This document shows positions 9,910 through 20,575 of a stretch of 64,000 bases of DNA, piece by piece; the first letter of the stretch is position 1, and each line of letters starts with the position of its first letter. Below the pieces are notes generated by a model. The model was given only the letters and a program-made list of their open reading frames with translations. It searched no databases and was not told where the DNA came from. The position numbers were made by a program, and so were the translations under genes. The DNA is from an uncultured Verrucomicrobia subdivision 3 bacterium (GTDB lineage Bacteria > Verrucomicrobiota > Verrucomicrobiia > Limisphaerales > UBA11358): contig CAIQEI010000025.1 in assembly GCA_903870815.1 (NCBI GenBank), positions 30,661-94,660 of the forward strand. Reading direction: 5' to 3'.

Positions 9910-11408
9910 ACGTGGGAAAAACCCTCCGCCAGGGCGATGGCCTTTCGCATGGCCATGGACTTGTTGACCGTCTCCTGGAATTCCGCCTCCGGCGTTGAAT
10001 CATTCACCCAGCCGCCGCCGGCCTGCACGTAAGCCCGGCCGTCCTTGATCAGCGCTGTGCGGATGGTGATGCAGCAATCCAGGTTGCCGTTGAATGAAAA
10101 ATAGCCCACGCAGCCGCCGTAAGGCCCGCGCGCCGTCTGTTCCAGCTCGGCGATGATCTGCATCGCGCGGATTTTCGGCGCGCCGCTCAAGGTGCCCGCC
10201 GGAAATGTTGCGCGCATCAAATCATAAGGGGTTTTGTTTGCGGACAATTTCCCCTCCACCTGCGAGACGATGTGCATGACGTGGCTGTAGCGCTCGATGA
10301 TCATCAGGTCCTTCACCTGCACGCTGCCGAAATCGCAAACGCGGCCGATGTCGTTGCGCGCGAGGTCCACCAGCATGACGTGCTCGGCCCGTTCCTTCGG
10401 GTCGGCCAGCAGCTCCTTTTCCAGCTCCCGATCTTCCGCCTCAGTTTTGCCGCGCCGGCGCGTGCCGGCGATCGGGCGGATCTCCACCTTGCCTTCCTCG
10501 CAGCGGACGTGCAGTTCCGGCGACGCGCCGACCAGCGAAAAACCGTCCAGCTCCAGCAAGAACATGTACGGCGATGGATTCGTGGAACGCGTCGCGCGGT
10601 AAATGTTGAGCGGCGAGGCCGTGACCGGCGCGGAAAACCGCTGCGAGCCGACCACTTGGATGATGTCGCCCGCCGTGATGTATTTCTTGGCCGCGAGCAC
10701 GTTGGCCTGAAACCTTTCCGGCATCAGGTTCGATTCAAATGTCATCGGTGCCACGTCCGCCGGCAGTGTCACCGGCTGATGCTCGCTTGGCTGTTCCAGT
10801 AGCGAGAGGATCCGGTCAATCTCGCTCGTCGCATTTTCATAGGCGTCCGCCGCGCTCGTGGTTTCGTCGAGAATCGCGTTGACGAGAATCGTGATGGTCT
10901 GTTCGGCACGGTCAAAAATCAGGATCTGGTCCGCGATGAGAAAATACATCACCGGCGTTTTCAAGTCATCCTGCGGCGGGCGCGGCACCGTGGGTTCCAC
11001 GTCGTGGATGAATTCATAGCCGATGAATCCGATCGCCCCGCCGGTGAACCGCGGCAGACCCGGCGTGGCTACCGCGCGGAATTTTTTCATCACGCGCTCA
11101 ACCACTTCCAGGCCGTCCTTCACCTCGCGACCGACCATGAAGCTTTCCGTGACCCGGCCGTTTTCGAACATCTGGACGTGCTGGCCGTCCTGCCGGATGA
11201 CCGCGCGCGGGTTGCAGCCGACGAATGAGTAGCGCCCCACGTGTTCGCCCCCTTCGACGGACTCGAAAAGGAACGACTCGCCCTGGCCGCGGATTTTGCG
11301 GTAGGCTGAGAGCGGCGTTTCCAAGTCGGCCAGGATGCGGCGGGCGACGGGGATGAGGTTTCCCTGCGTCGCGAGCTTTACAAATTCATCAGCGGTCGGC
11401 GAATACAT
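9906..11408 (-). CDS. trpE: Anthranilate synthase component I
   Basis: 500 aa. Chorismate-binding enzyme blocks (GGAIGFIGYEF, LSGAPKIRAMQIIAELE, PYGGCVGYFSFNGNLDCCITIRT). Confidence 0.93.
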   Translation of the reverse strand: MYSPTADEFVKLATQGNLIPVARRILADLETPLSAYRKIRGQGESFLFESVEGGEHVGRYSFVGCNPRAVIRQDGQHVQMFENGRVTESFMVGREVKDGLEVVERVMKKFRAVATPGLPRFTGGAIGFIGYEFIHDVEPTVPRPPQDDLKTPVMYFLIADQILIFDRAEQTITILVNAILDETTSAADAYENATSEIDRILSLLEQPSEHQPVTLPADVAPMTFESNLMPERFQANVLAAKKYITAGDIIQVVGSQRFSAPVTASPLNIYRATRSTNPSPYMFLLELDGFSLVGASPELHVRCEEGKVEIRPIAGTRRRGKTEAEDRELEKELLADPKERAEHVMLVDLARNDIGRVCDFGSVQVKDLMIIERYSHVMHIVSQVEGKLSANKTPYDLMRATFPAGTLSGAPKIRAMQIIAELEQTARGPYGGCVGYFSFNGNLDCCITIRTALIKDGRAYVQAGGGWVNDSTPEAEFQETVNKSMAMRKAIALAEGFSHV

Positions 11409-11500
11409 GCGCCATTTTTAGCTGAAACCCTGCGAAAACAAAAGCCCGAAGCCGCCGAATCTGTGTTTCATCTTCGTTTATCTGCGGCTAAAATCCCCGC

Positions 11501-12576
11501 GTGCATCTGGCCCATCTGCGACTCCGTGACTTCCGCAATTACGCGCGGTTGGACGTGGGTTTTGCGCCCGGCTTCCATCTGCTGCTCGGCGACAACGCGC
11601 AGGGCAAGACCAACATCCTCGAGGCCGTTTATCTCATGGCCACGCTCCGCTCCTTTCGCGGCGTCGGCGGCGCGCAGATGATCCGGCACGGCGCGAAAGG
11701 CTACTTTGTCGGCGGCAACGTGGTGGGGCAGGGGAATCACGAGATTAAAATGTATTGGTCCGCCCGCGAACGGAAACTCGTGCTGGATGGTCGGCCGGTG
11801 AAAAAGCTCGCGGCTATCTCGGCGCGCTGCGCACGGTGGTTTTCTGCACGGAAGATCTGCAGCTCATCAAAGGCACGGCCCGCGCGCGGCGGCGGTTCAT
11901 TGATCTGCTGCTGGCGCAGACGCAGTCCGGATATCTACCATTGCTTCAGCGATACATGCACACCGTCCGCGCCCGCAACGCCCTGCTCAAACAGCGCGCC
12001 GTGGACGAGGCCGCGCTGGAGAGTTTCTCCGCCGAGATGGTCACGCTGGGCAACGAAATCATTCGCGCCCGCCGCGAGCTGGCGCCGAAATTTTCCCCGC
12101 TCGCGCGGCTGGCTTATCGCCGCATTTCCAATGATGCGGAGGAACTGCGTATCGAATACCAGTCGAGCGTGAAAAATGATTTTGCCGTGGAACTCGCGCA
12201 GTCGCGGGCGCGGGAACGAACCTTTCGCGCCACGCTGGTTGGCCCGCACCGCGACGATTTGCAATTGTTGCAGAATGGGAAATCAGCCGCGCAGTTCGGC
12301 AGTGAAGGCCAGAAACGCACCTTGGTGATTGCGCTGAAGATGGCGCAGGCGGAGTTTCTCGCCGGCATCCACGGTTCGCCGCCGGTCTTGCTCATCGACG
12401 ATGTGATGGGCGAACTGGATGTGAAGCGGCGCAGCGGATTCCTGCCGTTGCTGGAATCGGCGCGCAAATCCAGCGGCCAGGTCTTCATGACCTGCACCGG
12501 GGAGAACTGGCCAAGCGAACTGGGTGGGGATTTTCAGCGGTGGGAAGTAAAGACGGGAAATCTGACGAGACACTAA
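11501..12576 (+). pseudogene. recF: recF (DNA replication/repair protein) interrupted by a 1-nt frameshift near 11,810-11,815
   Basis: The N-terminal part is in one frame (GTG 11501; LRLRDFRNY, Walker A GDNAQGKTNILEA, ...LVLDGRPVKKLA). The remainder is in the -1 frame (YLGALRTVVFCTEDLQLIKGTARARRRFIDLLL ... LLIDDVMGELD). The join is inferred at ctcgcgg/ctatctc. It could be a genuine pseudogene or an assembly indel. Confidence 0.8.
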
Positions 12577-12652
12577 TTCCACGAATCGGCACTAAGCAAA
12601 ACCAATTCGTGAAAATTCGTGCAATTCGTGTCTGTTTTTTTATCTTTCATCC

Positions 12653-13618
12653 ATGCGAATTTTGTCAGGTATCCAGCCCAGCGGCACGCTGCACCTCGGA
12701 AATTACTTCGGGATGATGCAGCCCGCCATCGCGCTGCAGGATAAAGGCGAGGCGTTTTATTTCATCGCCGACTATCATTCGATGACTTCGTTGTTCGATG
12801 CGGAGCAGCGACGGAAAAACTCCCTGGACGTGGCCTTGGATTTTCTCGCGTGCGGCCTCGACCCTCAAAAGTCCGTCTTCTTCCGCCAGTCCGACGTGCC
12901 GGAAGTGACCGAGCTGGCGTGGATTCTTTCCACCCTCACGCCGATGAGCCTGCTGGAGAAATGCCATTCATTCAAAGACAAGTCGGCGAAGGGATTGCCG
13001 GTCAATCACGGTCTGTTCGCCTATCCGGTGCTCATGGCGGCGGACATTTTGATTTATGACTCGAATATCGTTCCGGTCGGACAGGATCAAAAACAGCACG
13101 TCGAGGTGACTCGTGATATTGCTATCAAGTTCAACGAGCAATACGGCGAGACGTTTGTCATTCCCGAACCCCAGATCCGCGGCGAGACGGCGAAAGTGCC
13201 CGGCCTCGACGGCGAGAAGATGAGCAAGAGCTACGGCAACACGCTGGAAATATTTGGCGAGGAAAAGCCGCTCCGCAAAAAAGTCATGGGCATCAAGATG
13301 GATTCGCGCACGCCGGAGGAACCCAAGCCCGACGTCGACCAGAATCTCGCCATCCAGTTGCTCAAGCTCGTCGCGCCGACTGAGACTGCCAGGGAATTTG
13401 AAAATCGCCTCCGGGCCGGCGGCTTCGGCTATGGCGACTTGAAAAAAGGATTGTTCGAGCACTATTGGAATTTTTTTGCTGACGCGCGAGCGAAGCGCGC
13501 CGAACTCGCGGCCAATCTGGATTACGTCAACCGCGTCCTTGCCGATGGCGCATCCAAGGCGCGCACGCTGGCCCAAACCGTTTTAAAGCGCGCCCGCCTG
13601 GCCAGTGGTTTGGAATGA
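12653..13618 (+). CDS. trpS: Tryptophanyl-tRNA synthetase
   Basis: 321 aa. Class I HIGH-type motif ([10 protein letters not shown]) and KMSKS. Confidence 0.95.
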   Translation: MRILSGIQPSGTLHLGNYFGMMQPAIALQDKGEAFYFIADYHSMTSLFDAEQRRKNSLDVALDFLACGLDPQKSVFFRQSDVPEVTELAWILSTLTPMSLLEKCHSFKDKSAKGLPVNHGLFAYPVLMAADILIYDSNIVPVGQDQKQHVEVTRDIAIKFNEQYGETFVIPEPQIRGETAKVPGLDGEKMSKSYGNTLEIFGEEKPLRKKVMGIKMDSRTPEEPKPDVDQNLAIQLLKLVAPTETAREFENRLRAGGFGYGDLKKGLFEHYWNFFADARAKRAELAANLDYVNRVLADGASKARTLAQTVLKRARLASGLE

Positions 13619-14844
13619 ATCCATCGGCCGCAACTCAGACTGCGGCAAACCGCCTGCGCCTGCGCATCACGGCCACCGCTGAAACCATTTTGCGTTCTGG
13701 CCATCCGTGGCTATTTGCCGACAGCATCCGCGAAACGAATCGCCTCGGGCAATTGGGCGAGCTTGCCGTCGTTTTCGACCGCCAAAACAAATTCCTCGCC
13801 GTCGGCTTGTACGATCCGGATTCGCCGATCCGCGTCCGCATTTTGCACGCGGGTAAACCGCAGGCCCTTGATGCCGTCTGGTGGTTGGCGCGGTTGGAGC
13901 GGGCGCTCCAACGGCGGGCAGGGCTTCTTGATGCGACGACCACCGGCTGCCGGCTGATTCACGGGGAAAGCGACGGCTGGCCTGGCTTGGTGTTGGATCG
14001 CTATGACACGACGCTGGTGCTGAAGCTTTACACCGCCGCGTGGTTGCCGCGCCTGGATGAAATCCTCCTGCTGTTGAAGGAAAAAATACCTTGCGAACGT
14101 ATTGTTCTCCGTCTGAGCCGCAACATCCAGCCGCTCGTCGAAAAACAATTCCAGCGCCGCGATGGGCAGGTCGTTTTCGGTTCGGTGCCCGCTGGCCCGC
14201 TGATTTTTTCGGAAAATGGGGTTCGCTTTGAGGCCGATGTTCTGCGCGGACAGAAAACCGGCTTTTTCCTCGATCAGCGCGAAAACCGCCGCGAGGTGGA
14301 AACCCTTTCGCGCGGTCGGCGCGTGCTGAATGCCTTCAGCTTTTCCGGCGGCTTCTCAGTCTATGCCGCGCGCGGCGGCGCCGCGAGCGTGACCGACCTC
14401 GACATCAGCGCGCACGCACTGGAATCCGCCCGCCGCAATTTTGTGCTGAACCGGAACTTTCCTGGCGTGGCCGCGTGTCGTCATGAAACGGTGCAGGCGG
14501 ATGTTTTTGAGTGGATTGAAAAAACTCCGGCAAAGTTCGACTTGATCGTGCTCGACCCGCCATCGCTGGCCAAGCGTGCGTCGGAACGGGAAGGGGCTGT
14601 CCGCGCCTACGAGCGACTGAATGCGCTCGGGATCCAAAAACTTGCGCGCGACGGAATCCTGGTGGCGGGTTCGTGTTCCGCGCAGGTTTCGGTCGCGGAG
14701 TTTTTTGACGCCGTCCGCCGGGCGGCCACCAAGTCTGGCCGGAAATTTGCCGAATTGAAAACCATGCGGCATCCTCCGGATCATCCGGCTGGTTTCAAGG
14801 AGGCGGAATATTTGAAGGTGATTTATCTGAAGTTTACGACGTAG
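13615..14844 (+). CDS. Class I SAM-dependent rRNA (m5C) methyltransferase, RlmI/YccW-like, with an N-terminal PUA-like domain
   Basis: 409 aa. [10 protein letters not shown] start, [34 protein letters not shown]. The ATGA start/stop overlap with trpS suggests co-translation. Confidence 0.75.
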   Translation: MNPSAATQTAANRLRLRITATAETILRSGHPWLFADSIRETNRLGQLGELAVVFDRQNKFLAVGLYDPDSPIRVRILHAGKPQALDAVWWLARLERALQRRAGLLDATTTGCRLIHGESDGWPGLVLDRYDTTLVLKLYTAAWLPRLDEILLLLKEKIPCERIVLRLSRNIQPLVEKQFQRRDGQVVFGSVPAGPLIFSENGVRFEADVLRGQKTGFFLDQRENRREVETLSRGRRVLNAFSFSGGFSVYAARGGAASVTDLDISAHALESARRNFVLNRNFPGVAACRHETVQADVFEWIEKTPAKFDLIVLDPPSLAKRASEREGAVRAYERLNALGIQKLARDGILVAGSCSAQVSVAEFFDAVRRAATKSGRKFAELKTMRHPPDHPAGFKEAEYLKVIYLKFTT

Positions 14845-14871
14845 CTGCCGGCGTGGGCCGGCTTGAACAAC

Positions 14872-14891
14872 GAGCGGACTTACGTCCGCTC
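14872..14891. terminator. 8-bp perfect hairpin (gagcggac ttac gtccgctc) between convergent genes
   Basis: Read directly. It lies between the methyltransferase stop (14844) and the kdsD stop (14892). There is no clear U-tract. Confidence 0.4.
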
Positions 14892-15899
14892 CTACATGAT
14901 TTTCAGCTTCGGCAAATCCTGTGAGTCCACCAGGCCAACCGGCTCGTTCTTCGCGTTTACCACTATGAGGTCGTCGATGTTTCGCTCGTTGAAGATTTTG
15001 AGCGCCTCGGCGGCGAGGGCGGTGTCGCGAACGCAAATCGGATTCCGCGTCATGATCTTTTTGAGCGGTTGCGACAGCAAATTATCGTCCTTGCCCATGT
15101 GCCGGCGAAAATCGCCGTCGGTGAAAATGCCAGCGAGCTTGCCGCGCGCGTCCACGACTGCAAGGCTGCCGGATTTGGCGTGCGTCATCACCAGCAGCGC
15201 TTCCTTCACCGAAAGATTCTCGTTGGCGACAGCGTTGCGTTCGCCGCTGCGCATGATTTCACCGACCTTCAAAAGCATCGCGCGTCCGATCGCGCCGCTC
15301 GGATGATACTTGGCAAAGTCCTTTTGTTTGAAGCCGCGCGCCTGCAAAACCGCCATCGCCAGCGCGTCGCCCATCACCAGCGTGGCGGTGGTGCTGCTGG
15401 TGGGTGCGAGGTTGAAGGGACACGCTTCCTTTGGCACTTTTACATTGAGGGTCAGGTCGCTGTGCCGTGCGAGCGAGGATTTCAAATTGCCGGTCAGCGA
15501 AATGATTTTGACGGAAAACCGTTTCAGGGCCGGGAGCAGATTCAGCAGTTCCTCCGATTCACCCGAATAGCTCAAGGCGAGAATCACATCGCCGTCGTTA
15601 ACGATGCCCACGTCACCGTGCAGCGCGTCCACGCTGTTGAGTACGACGGCGGTGGACCCGGTGCTGGTGAGCGTCGCGGCGATTTTTGCGCCGACATTGC
15701 CGGATTTGCCGATCCCGACGATGATTATCTTCCCGCGCGACTTGAGCGCGCCGATGACGGTCTCAACGGCGTGGTCAAAGGACTGGTCAAGCTGCGCGCG
15801 GACCGATTTAAGCGCGGCGAGTTCGATATCGAATACTTCACGGGCTTTGGCGAGATGGCTCACGCGCGGGAGCTTGCCTGCATTGCCGCCGGAATTCAA
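14892..15899 (-). CDS. kdsD: Arabinose-5-phosphate isomerase (KdsD/KpsF/GutQ family; SIS + tandem CBS)
   Basis: 335 aa. SIS block (KIIIVGIGKSGNVGAKIAATLTSTG), then two CBS-like repeats at the C-terminus. Confidence 0.88.
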   Translation of the reverse strand: MNSGGNAGKLPRVSHLAKAREVFDIELAALKSVRAQLDQSFDHAVETVIGALKSRGKIIIVGIGKSGNVGAKIAATLTSTGSTAVVLNSVDALHGDVGIVNDGDVILALSYSGESEELLNLLPALKRFSVKIISLTGNLKSSLARHSDLTLNVKVPKEACPFNLAPTSSTTATLVMGDALAMAVLQARGFKQKDFAKYHPSGAIGRAMLLKVGEIMRSGERNAVANENLSVKEALLVMTHAKSGSLAVVDARGKLAGIFTDGDFRRHMGKDDNLLSQPLKKIMTRNPICVRDTALAAEALKIFNERNIDDLIVVNAKNEPVGLVDSQDLPKLKIM

Positions 15900-15969
15900 C
15901 CGCGAAGCGAAATGCTAATTTGCCGCCGTGCGCCGGTTGTGTTAATGGTTGGAGCTGGTTAAAGTCAGA

Positions 15970-17493
15970 ATGAAGAAATCCCAAGCATTGCAAAAGCACA
16001 TCATTGTGGTCGGGGCGGGGCCTGGTGGTTTGACCTCGGCCATGCTGCTGGCGGCTCGCGGGTTCAAGGTGACGCTGCTCGAAAAGAATGGCCGCGTGGG
16101 CGGCCGCAACGCGGCCATCCTCCGCAACGGCTACAAGTTTGACACCGGCCCGACGTTTCTGATGATGAAGTTCATCCTCGACGAAGTGTTCGAGGAAGCC
16201 GGCCGCCACAGCGGGGATTACCTGAAATTCGTCAAGCTGGAGCCGATGTACCGCTTGCAGTTTGACGACATGGTCTTCGAGCCGACGACCGACCACGCGG
16301 CGATGCTCAAGCAGCTGGACGAGAAATTTCCCGGCAATGCCGCGGGCTACTGGCATTTTCTCGAGACCGAGCAGGAACGTTTCCGCAAAATGTATCCGTG
16401 TCTGCAAAAGGATTATGGCTCGCTGACCCGCTATCTATCCACCGACCTGTTGAAGGCCCTCCCGCATTTGTCGCTCGGCAAGTCCGTGATGGACGTGCTG
16501 GGCGGTTATTTTAAGCCGGAACGGCTCAAGCTCTGTTTCACGTTTCAGGCGAAATATCTTGGCATGTCAGCGTGGGACTGTCCCGGTCTGTTTGCGATTC
16601 TGCCGTTCGTCGAGCACGCCTACGGTGTCTATCATACGCAGGGCGGCTTGAGCGAAATTTCTGAGGCGATGGCAACGGTTTGTGGCGAATATGGTGTGGA
16701 CATCCGCCTGAATTCGCCGGTGAAACAGCTCCTCCTCACCGGTCGGGATGTGCGCGGTGTGGAGTTGGAATCCGGCGAGAAAATAATGGGCGATGAAACC
16801 GTGCTGAATGCCGATTTCGGCTACGCGATGAATCATCTTGTGCCGCCCGGGGTGCTGAAGAAATACCGCCCGGCGAAAGTGGACGAGCGCGAATTTTCCT
16901 GTTCTACCTTCATGCTGTATCTCGGACTGGACAAGGTTTATGACCTGCCGCACCACACGATTTTCTTCTCCAAGGATTATCGTAAGAACATTGAGGACGT
17001 TTTCCAGCGCAAAGTGTTGTCCGATGAATTATCCTTCTACGTCCGCAACGCCAGCGTGACGGATCCCGGCCTGGCGCCGCCTGGCCATTCGGCGCTTTAT
17101 GTGCTGGTGCCGGTGCCGAACAAGACGGCGGCCATTGACTGGTCCAAGGCGAAAGGAGGCTTCCGCGAACGCCTGCTCGACGCAATGGAAACTGCTGGCG
17201 GTATGAAGGGTTTGCGCTCGCATATCCGCGAGGAAATTGTCCTCTCGCCAGACGATTGGCAGAGTCAGAACATTCATTTTGGGGCTACCTTCAATCTTGC
17301 GCACAAGCTCTCGCAGATGATGTATTTCCGCCCGCGTAACAAGTTTGAGGAGCTCGGCCATTGCTATCTGGTCGGCGGCGGTACGCATCCCGGCAGCGGT
17401 CTGCCGACGATTTACGAATCCGGCCGCATTGCGGCGAATCTCATCAGTCGGGCGTATGGCGTCAACTTTGTCTCCAAGAACACGCAGGTGTAA
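15970..17493 (+). CDS. FAD-dependent phytoene-desaturase-family oxidoreductase (CrtN/CrtP/CrtI-like)
   Basis: Dinucleotide-binding start (HIIVVGAGPGGLTSAMLLAARGFKVTLLEKNGRVGGR) and C-terminal YLVGGGTHPGSGLP. The ORF track start at 15949 is TTG; the first ATG is at 15970. Confidence 0.85.
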   Translation: MKKSQALQKHIIVVGAGPGGLTSAMLLAARGFKVTLLEKNGRVGGRNAAILRNGYKFDTGPTFLMMKFILDEVFEEAGRHSGDYLKFVKLEPMYRLQFDDMVFEPTTDHAAMLKQLDEKFPGNAAGYWHFLETEQERFRKMYPCLQKDYGSLTRYLSTDLLKALPHLSLGKSVMDVLGGYFKPERLKLCFTFQAKYLGMSAWDCPGLFAILPFVEHAYGVYHTQGGLSEISEAMATVCGEYGVDIRLNSPVKQLLLTGRDVRGVELESGEKIMGDETVLNADFGYAMNHLVPPGVLKKYRPAKVDEREFSCSTFMLYLGLDKVYDLPHHTIFFSKDYRKNIEDVFQRKVLSDELSFYVRNASVTDPGLAPPGHSALYVLVPVPNKTAAIDWSKAKGGFRERLLDAMETAGGMKGLRSHIREEIVLSPDDWQSQNIHFGATFNLAHKLSQMMYFRPRNKFEELGHCYLVGGGTHPGSGLPTIYESGRIAANLISRAYGVNFVSKNTQV

Positions 17494-17545
17494 CCATAGC
17501 TGCGACGCCCCGTCGCAAAAAGGTGTTAGCGGCGAGGCATTGTCG

Positions 17546-18022
17546 CTACCTTCGCTCCAGCACGCGCAGAAAGCGTCCACGATTGTAGCGTTGGACGAGG
17601 ATGCACGGCACATTGGCGGCGAGCGCGTAAAGGGCATTGACGCTCACTGCCCAGGGCGGATTCCAAATGGCGAACACCGGCACTGCCAGCAGCGCCAGCC
17701 AGTGAACCACTTCACCACGCCATGTCTCACGCAAAAAGGATTCCAGAAATTCCGGCGTCCGCTCTCGCAGTCCGGCCTTGGCGAATCCATCGCCGAACCA
17801 GCTCGCGCCATCCGGTAGCCAATCTTTCCAGCACTTGATCGCGAGCCATCGTTCGTAATACCGGCCCGATCGCTCCCCCCGCCCGAGCCGGGCCAGCCGT
17901 CCGCGCGGGTTGAATCGCCGTGCCGGAAGCCGCGTCAGCGACCACGCCAGCCCCATTTGAATGACCATCCATGCAGCGATATTTAGGACCACGATCCCGG
18001 CGAAGGGCAGTTCAATCAACAT
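17546..18022 (-). CDS. crtO: Glycosyl-4,4'-diaponeurosporenoate acyltransferase-like membrane protein (CrtO-like)
   Basis: C-terminal block ETWRGEVVHWLALL...ALAANVPCILVQRYNRGRF matches, from memory, the S. aureus CrtO block ETKRAELIHW...AMIANVPIIIVQRYNRPRL. The start is trimmed to ATG 18022 (MLIELPF...). Confidence 0.6.
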   Translation of the reverse strand: MLIELPFAGIVVLNIAAWMVIQMGLAWSLTRLPARRFNPRGRLARLGRGERSGRYYERWLAIKCWKDWLPDGASWFGDGFAKAGLRERTPEFLESFLRETWRGEVVHWLALLAVPVFAIWNPPWAVSVNALYALAANVPCILVQRYNRGRFLRVLERR

Positions 18023-19097
18023 GAATTTGCCTGCCTTTCCAAGTGACGGATTTTTTGCGGGTGGCCCGCCAGACCGAACGCGTGAAGACGGCAAAATAAA
18101 AAATCAACGGAACCGGAAATAGCACCGCCGTGGTCCAGCGAAACGTCCCGACCCTCCGCATCAGCCACGCGACCTGCGCAGCGTAAAGACCATAGACTAC
18201 GCAACCCAACGGGGCGATGTGCGCGGAAAATAATCCGCCGGCCGCCATGAGCAACCCGCTCAGCCAGGCAATTACGAGCAGCAACAGCGGCACCGGCGTT
18301 TTGCCCGCGCCGGTTGCGAAGCCTTTAACCCAGCCGTCCATCATTTCGCGCCAGCCGAGCGGATACATCCGGAATGAAAAAACACCGCGCCCGCCCCGGC
18401 AGCGCAGCGGCACACCGGCCGGCCGCAGTTTTTCCGCGAGCCGGAAGTTTTCCAGAATTTGGCCTTTGACCGCTTCGTGTCCGCCAATGCGCCGGTAGGC
18501 GGCGGCTTCGATCAGCAAAAATTGCCCCAGCAAACCGCGCGGTGACAGACGATCGCCCAGCAGCGTGAACCCGCCCGTGCCGCCCAGCATGATGAGATTG
18601 AAAAAAACGGAGAACTGTTCGTGCAGCTTTTCTACCCGGTGCCACGGTGCGACCGATAACGCTCCGCCCCGCTGGGCAAATTCCGCCAGCACTGCCGGCA
18701 ATCCCGCCGGTTCAAACCAGGTATCCGCGTCCAAAAACAGCAACCATTCGCCTTTGGCCTGCAACGCGCCCTGATAACAGGCCCAGGTTTTTCCGCGCCA
18801 ACCGTCCGGCAACGACGGTGCTTCCAGCACGATGGCTCCCAGTTCGCGGGCCACGGCTGCGGTGCGGTCGGTGGAGGCGTCATTCACCACGATGATCTCG
18901 TCCGGCGGAACCGGCTGGCCGCGCAAGGAATCCAACAGCCGGGGCAAATTATATTCCTCGTTCCGCGCCGGAATGATGACCGAGAGCTCTTGTTTTCGGA
19001 CGGCAGTGACATCGGCTGCCGGGGGACAGGCCTTGATCCTGCCCAGCACCATCCAGCCCGCCAGCCAAAGTGACGCCAGGATGATCGGCAGCGTCAT
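18012..19097 (-). CDS. crtQ: Family 2 glycosyltransferase (CrtQ-like)
   Basis: GT2 core (SVIIPARNEEYNLPRLLDSL, IIVVNDASTDRT, LLFLDADT) plus C-terminal TM helices. The start is trimmed to ATG 19097, which forms an ATGA overlap with the upstream desaturase stop. Confidence 0.65.
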   Translation of the reverse strand: MTLPIILASLWLAGWMVLGRIKACPPAADVTAVRKQELSVIIPARNEEYNLPRLLDSLRGQPVPPDEIIVVNDASTDRTAAVARELGAIVLEAPSLPDGWRGKTWACYQGALQAKGEWLLFLDADTWFEPAGLPAVLAEFAQRGGALSVAPWHRVEKLHEQFSVFFNLIMLGGTGGFTLLGDRLSPRGLLGQFLLIEAAAYRRIGGHEAVKGQILENFRLAEKLRPAGVPLRCRGGRGVFSFRMYPLGWREMMDGWVKGFATGAGKTPVPLLLLVIAWLSGLLMAAGGLFSAHIAPLGCVVYGLYAAQVAWLMRRVGTFRWTTAVLFPVPLIFYFAVFTRSVWRATRKKSVTWKGRQIHVD

Positions 19098-20575
19098 GGT
19101 TTGTCCCAGGCGACGATTTTTTTGGCGACGTTCTGGCCGCAGAGGACGACCATCGGCATGCCGCCGCCGGGATTCACCGAGCCGCCGACGAAGAACAGAT
19201 TTTGATACAGCGTGCTTTGCTTCGGCGCTTTGAACGCCAGGTTTTTCCATCGGTCGCTCACGACGCCGTAGATGGACCCTTTGTTGGAATTATACTTTTC
19301 GCGGATGTCTGGCGGCGTCAGCACATGCTCAAATACGATGTGTTGCCGCAGATTCTTCAGGCCCATGCGTTCGAGCTTGTCAATGATGCGGTCCTTGAAA
19401 CGCAGGTAATCTTCGCGCGTCAGCGGATGGTCGTCATTGATGTAGGGAATGTGCGGCAGAATTTTCAGGCAGTCGCAGCCCGGAGGCGCAACGGTGCCAT
19501 CGGTCTTGGACGCGGCCACCAGATAGATCGTCGGGTCGGCGGGTAGTTCGTGTTTCTCGAAGACGGTTTTAAAATGTTCGCGCTGGTGGCCGGAGAAAAA
19601 GAAATTGTGGTGCGCCAGTTGCTGATACTGGCAGTCGAGACCGAGATCCAGCACGAGACCGGAGCAGGCCGGCTCCAGTTTTTTTTCCAGTGAGGCGATG
19701 AATTTTTTGTCCGCGCTCAACAATTTTTCATAGGCCGGAATGACCTCCATGTTCGATACGATGATGTCCGCTGCGTGGAACCGGCCGTTGGCGACCAGGC
19801 CGGTGACCCGGCCCTCTTCCCGGCGCACTTCGCTGACTTCCGCATTGAGATGCACCGGGACGCCGATTTCCGCCAGCAGCCGGTCCAGGCCGCGGGCAAT
19901 GTTGTAAAGTCCGCCGTCCACATACCAAAGGTCATAGCGAAACTGGATGGTTGGCAGTGAATTCATGAACGCCGGTGCGCGGTAAGCCGAGGAGCCGACG
20001 TATTTGATGAAGAAATCGAAGATGTCCCGGAAGTATTGTGTTTGCAGATGGGCGTTGACGCCCTGATGCATCGATCGGAACAAGTCGAATTTGAAAAACT
20101 TCCAGGGTCCGTAATGCCGGGCGAAATCGCGCCAGTTGTCCAGTCCGGCCTCGAAATAGCCCTCGTTGGTCAGGTCGTAGAGATCGGCGGAATATTTCAG
20201 GAATCGCTCGATGTTTTCTGGCGGCTCGCCGACTTTGCGCGCCTCGGCGGCCATCTTTTCCGGCTCGGGATACAAGTCCAGCGTGATGCCGTCCGCGAAA
20301 AAATTCCGCCAGTGCGGGCGCAGGGCGCGCAGCGTGAAATAGTCGCTCATCCGCTTGCCGCTGCGCGTGAACAGCCGTTCAAAAATGTGGGGTAGGGTGA
20401 GGATGGACGGGCCGAGGTCAAACGTGTAGCCGCACTCCTTGAGGACGTTCAGCTTGCCGCCGATCTGCTCGTTTTTCTCAAAAATTTCGACCGCGTAGCC
20501 TGCCTGCTTCAGCGAAATGGCTGCGGACAATCCCCCCAGCCCGGCGCCGATAACGATGATTTTTTTCTCGCTCAT
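19094..20575 (-). CDS. FAD-dependent phytoene-desaturase-family oxidoreductase (CrtN/CrtP-like)
   Basis: 493 aa. KIIVIGAGLGGLSAAISLKQAGYAVEIFEKNEQIGGK; C-terminal FFVGGSVNPGGGMPMV. Confidence 0.85.
   Translation of the reverse strand: MSEKKIIVIGAGLGGLSAAISLKQAGYAVEIFEKNEQIGGKLNVLKECGYTFDLGPSILTLPHIFERLFTRSGKRMSDYFTLRALRPHWRNFFADGITLDLYPEPEKMAAEARKVGEPPENIERFLKYSADLYDLTNEGYFEAGLDNWRDFARHYGPWKFFKFDLFRSMHQGVNAHLQTQYFRDIFDFFIKYVGSSAYRAPAFMNSLPTIQFRYDLWYVDGGLYNIARGLDRLLAEIGVPVHLNAEVSEVRREEGRVTGLVANGRFHAADIIVSNMEVIPAYEKLLSADKKFIASLEKKLEPACSGLVLDLGLDCQYQQLAHHNFFFSGHQREHFKTVFEKHELPADPTIYLVAASKTDGTVAPPGCDCLKILPHIPYINDDHPLTREDYLRFKDRIIDKLERMGLKNLRQHIVFEHVLTPPDIREKYNSNKGSIYGVVSDRWKNLAFKAPKQSTLYQNLFFVGGSVNPGGGMPMVVLCGQNVAKKIVAWDKP

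Noticed and set aside
17502-17516. Short hairpin gcgacg-ccc-cgtcgc between the convergent desaturase and crtO-like genes, considered as a terminator.
   Set aside because: The stem is only 6 bp and neither strand has a correctly placed U-tract. This is too weak to call.
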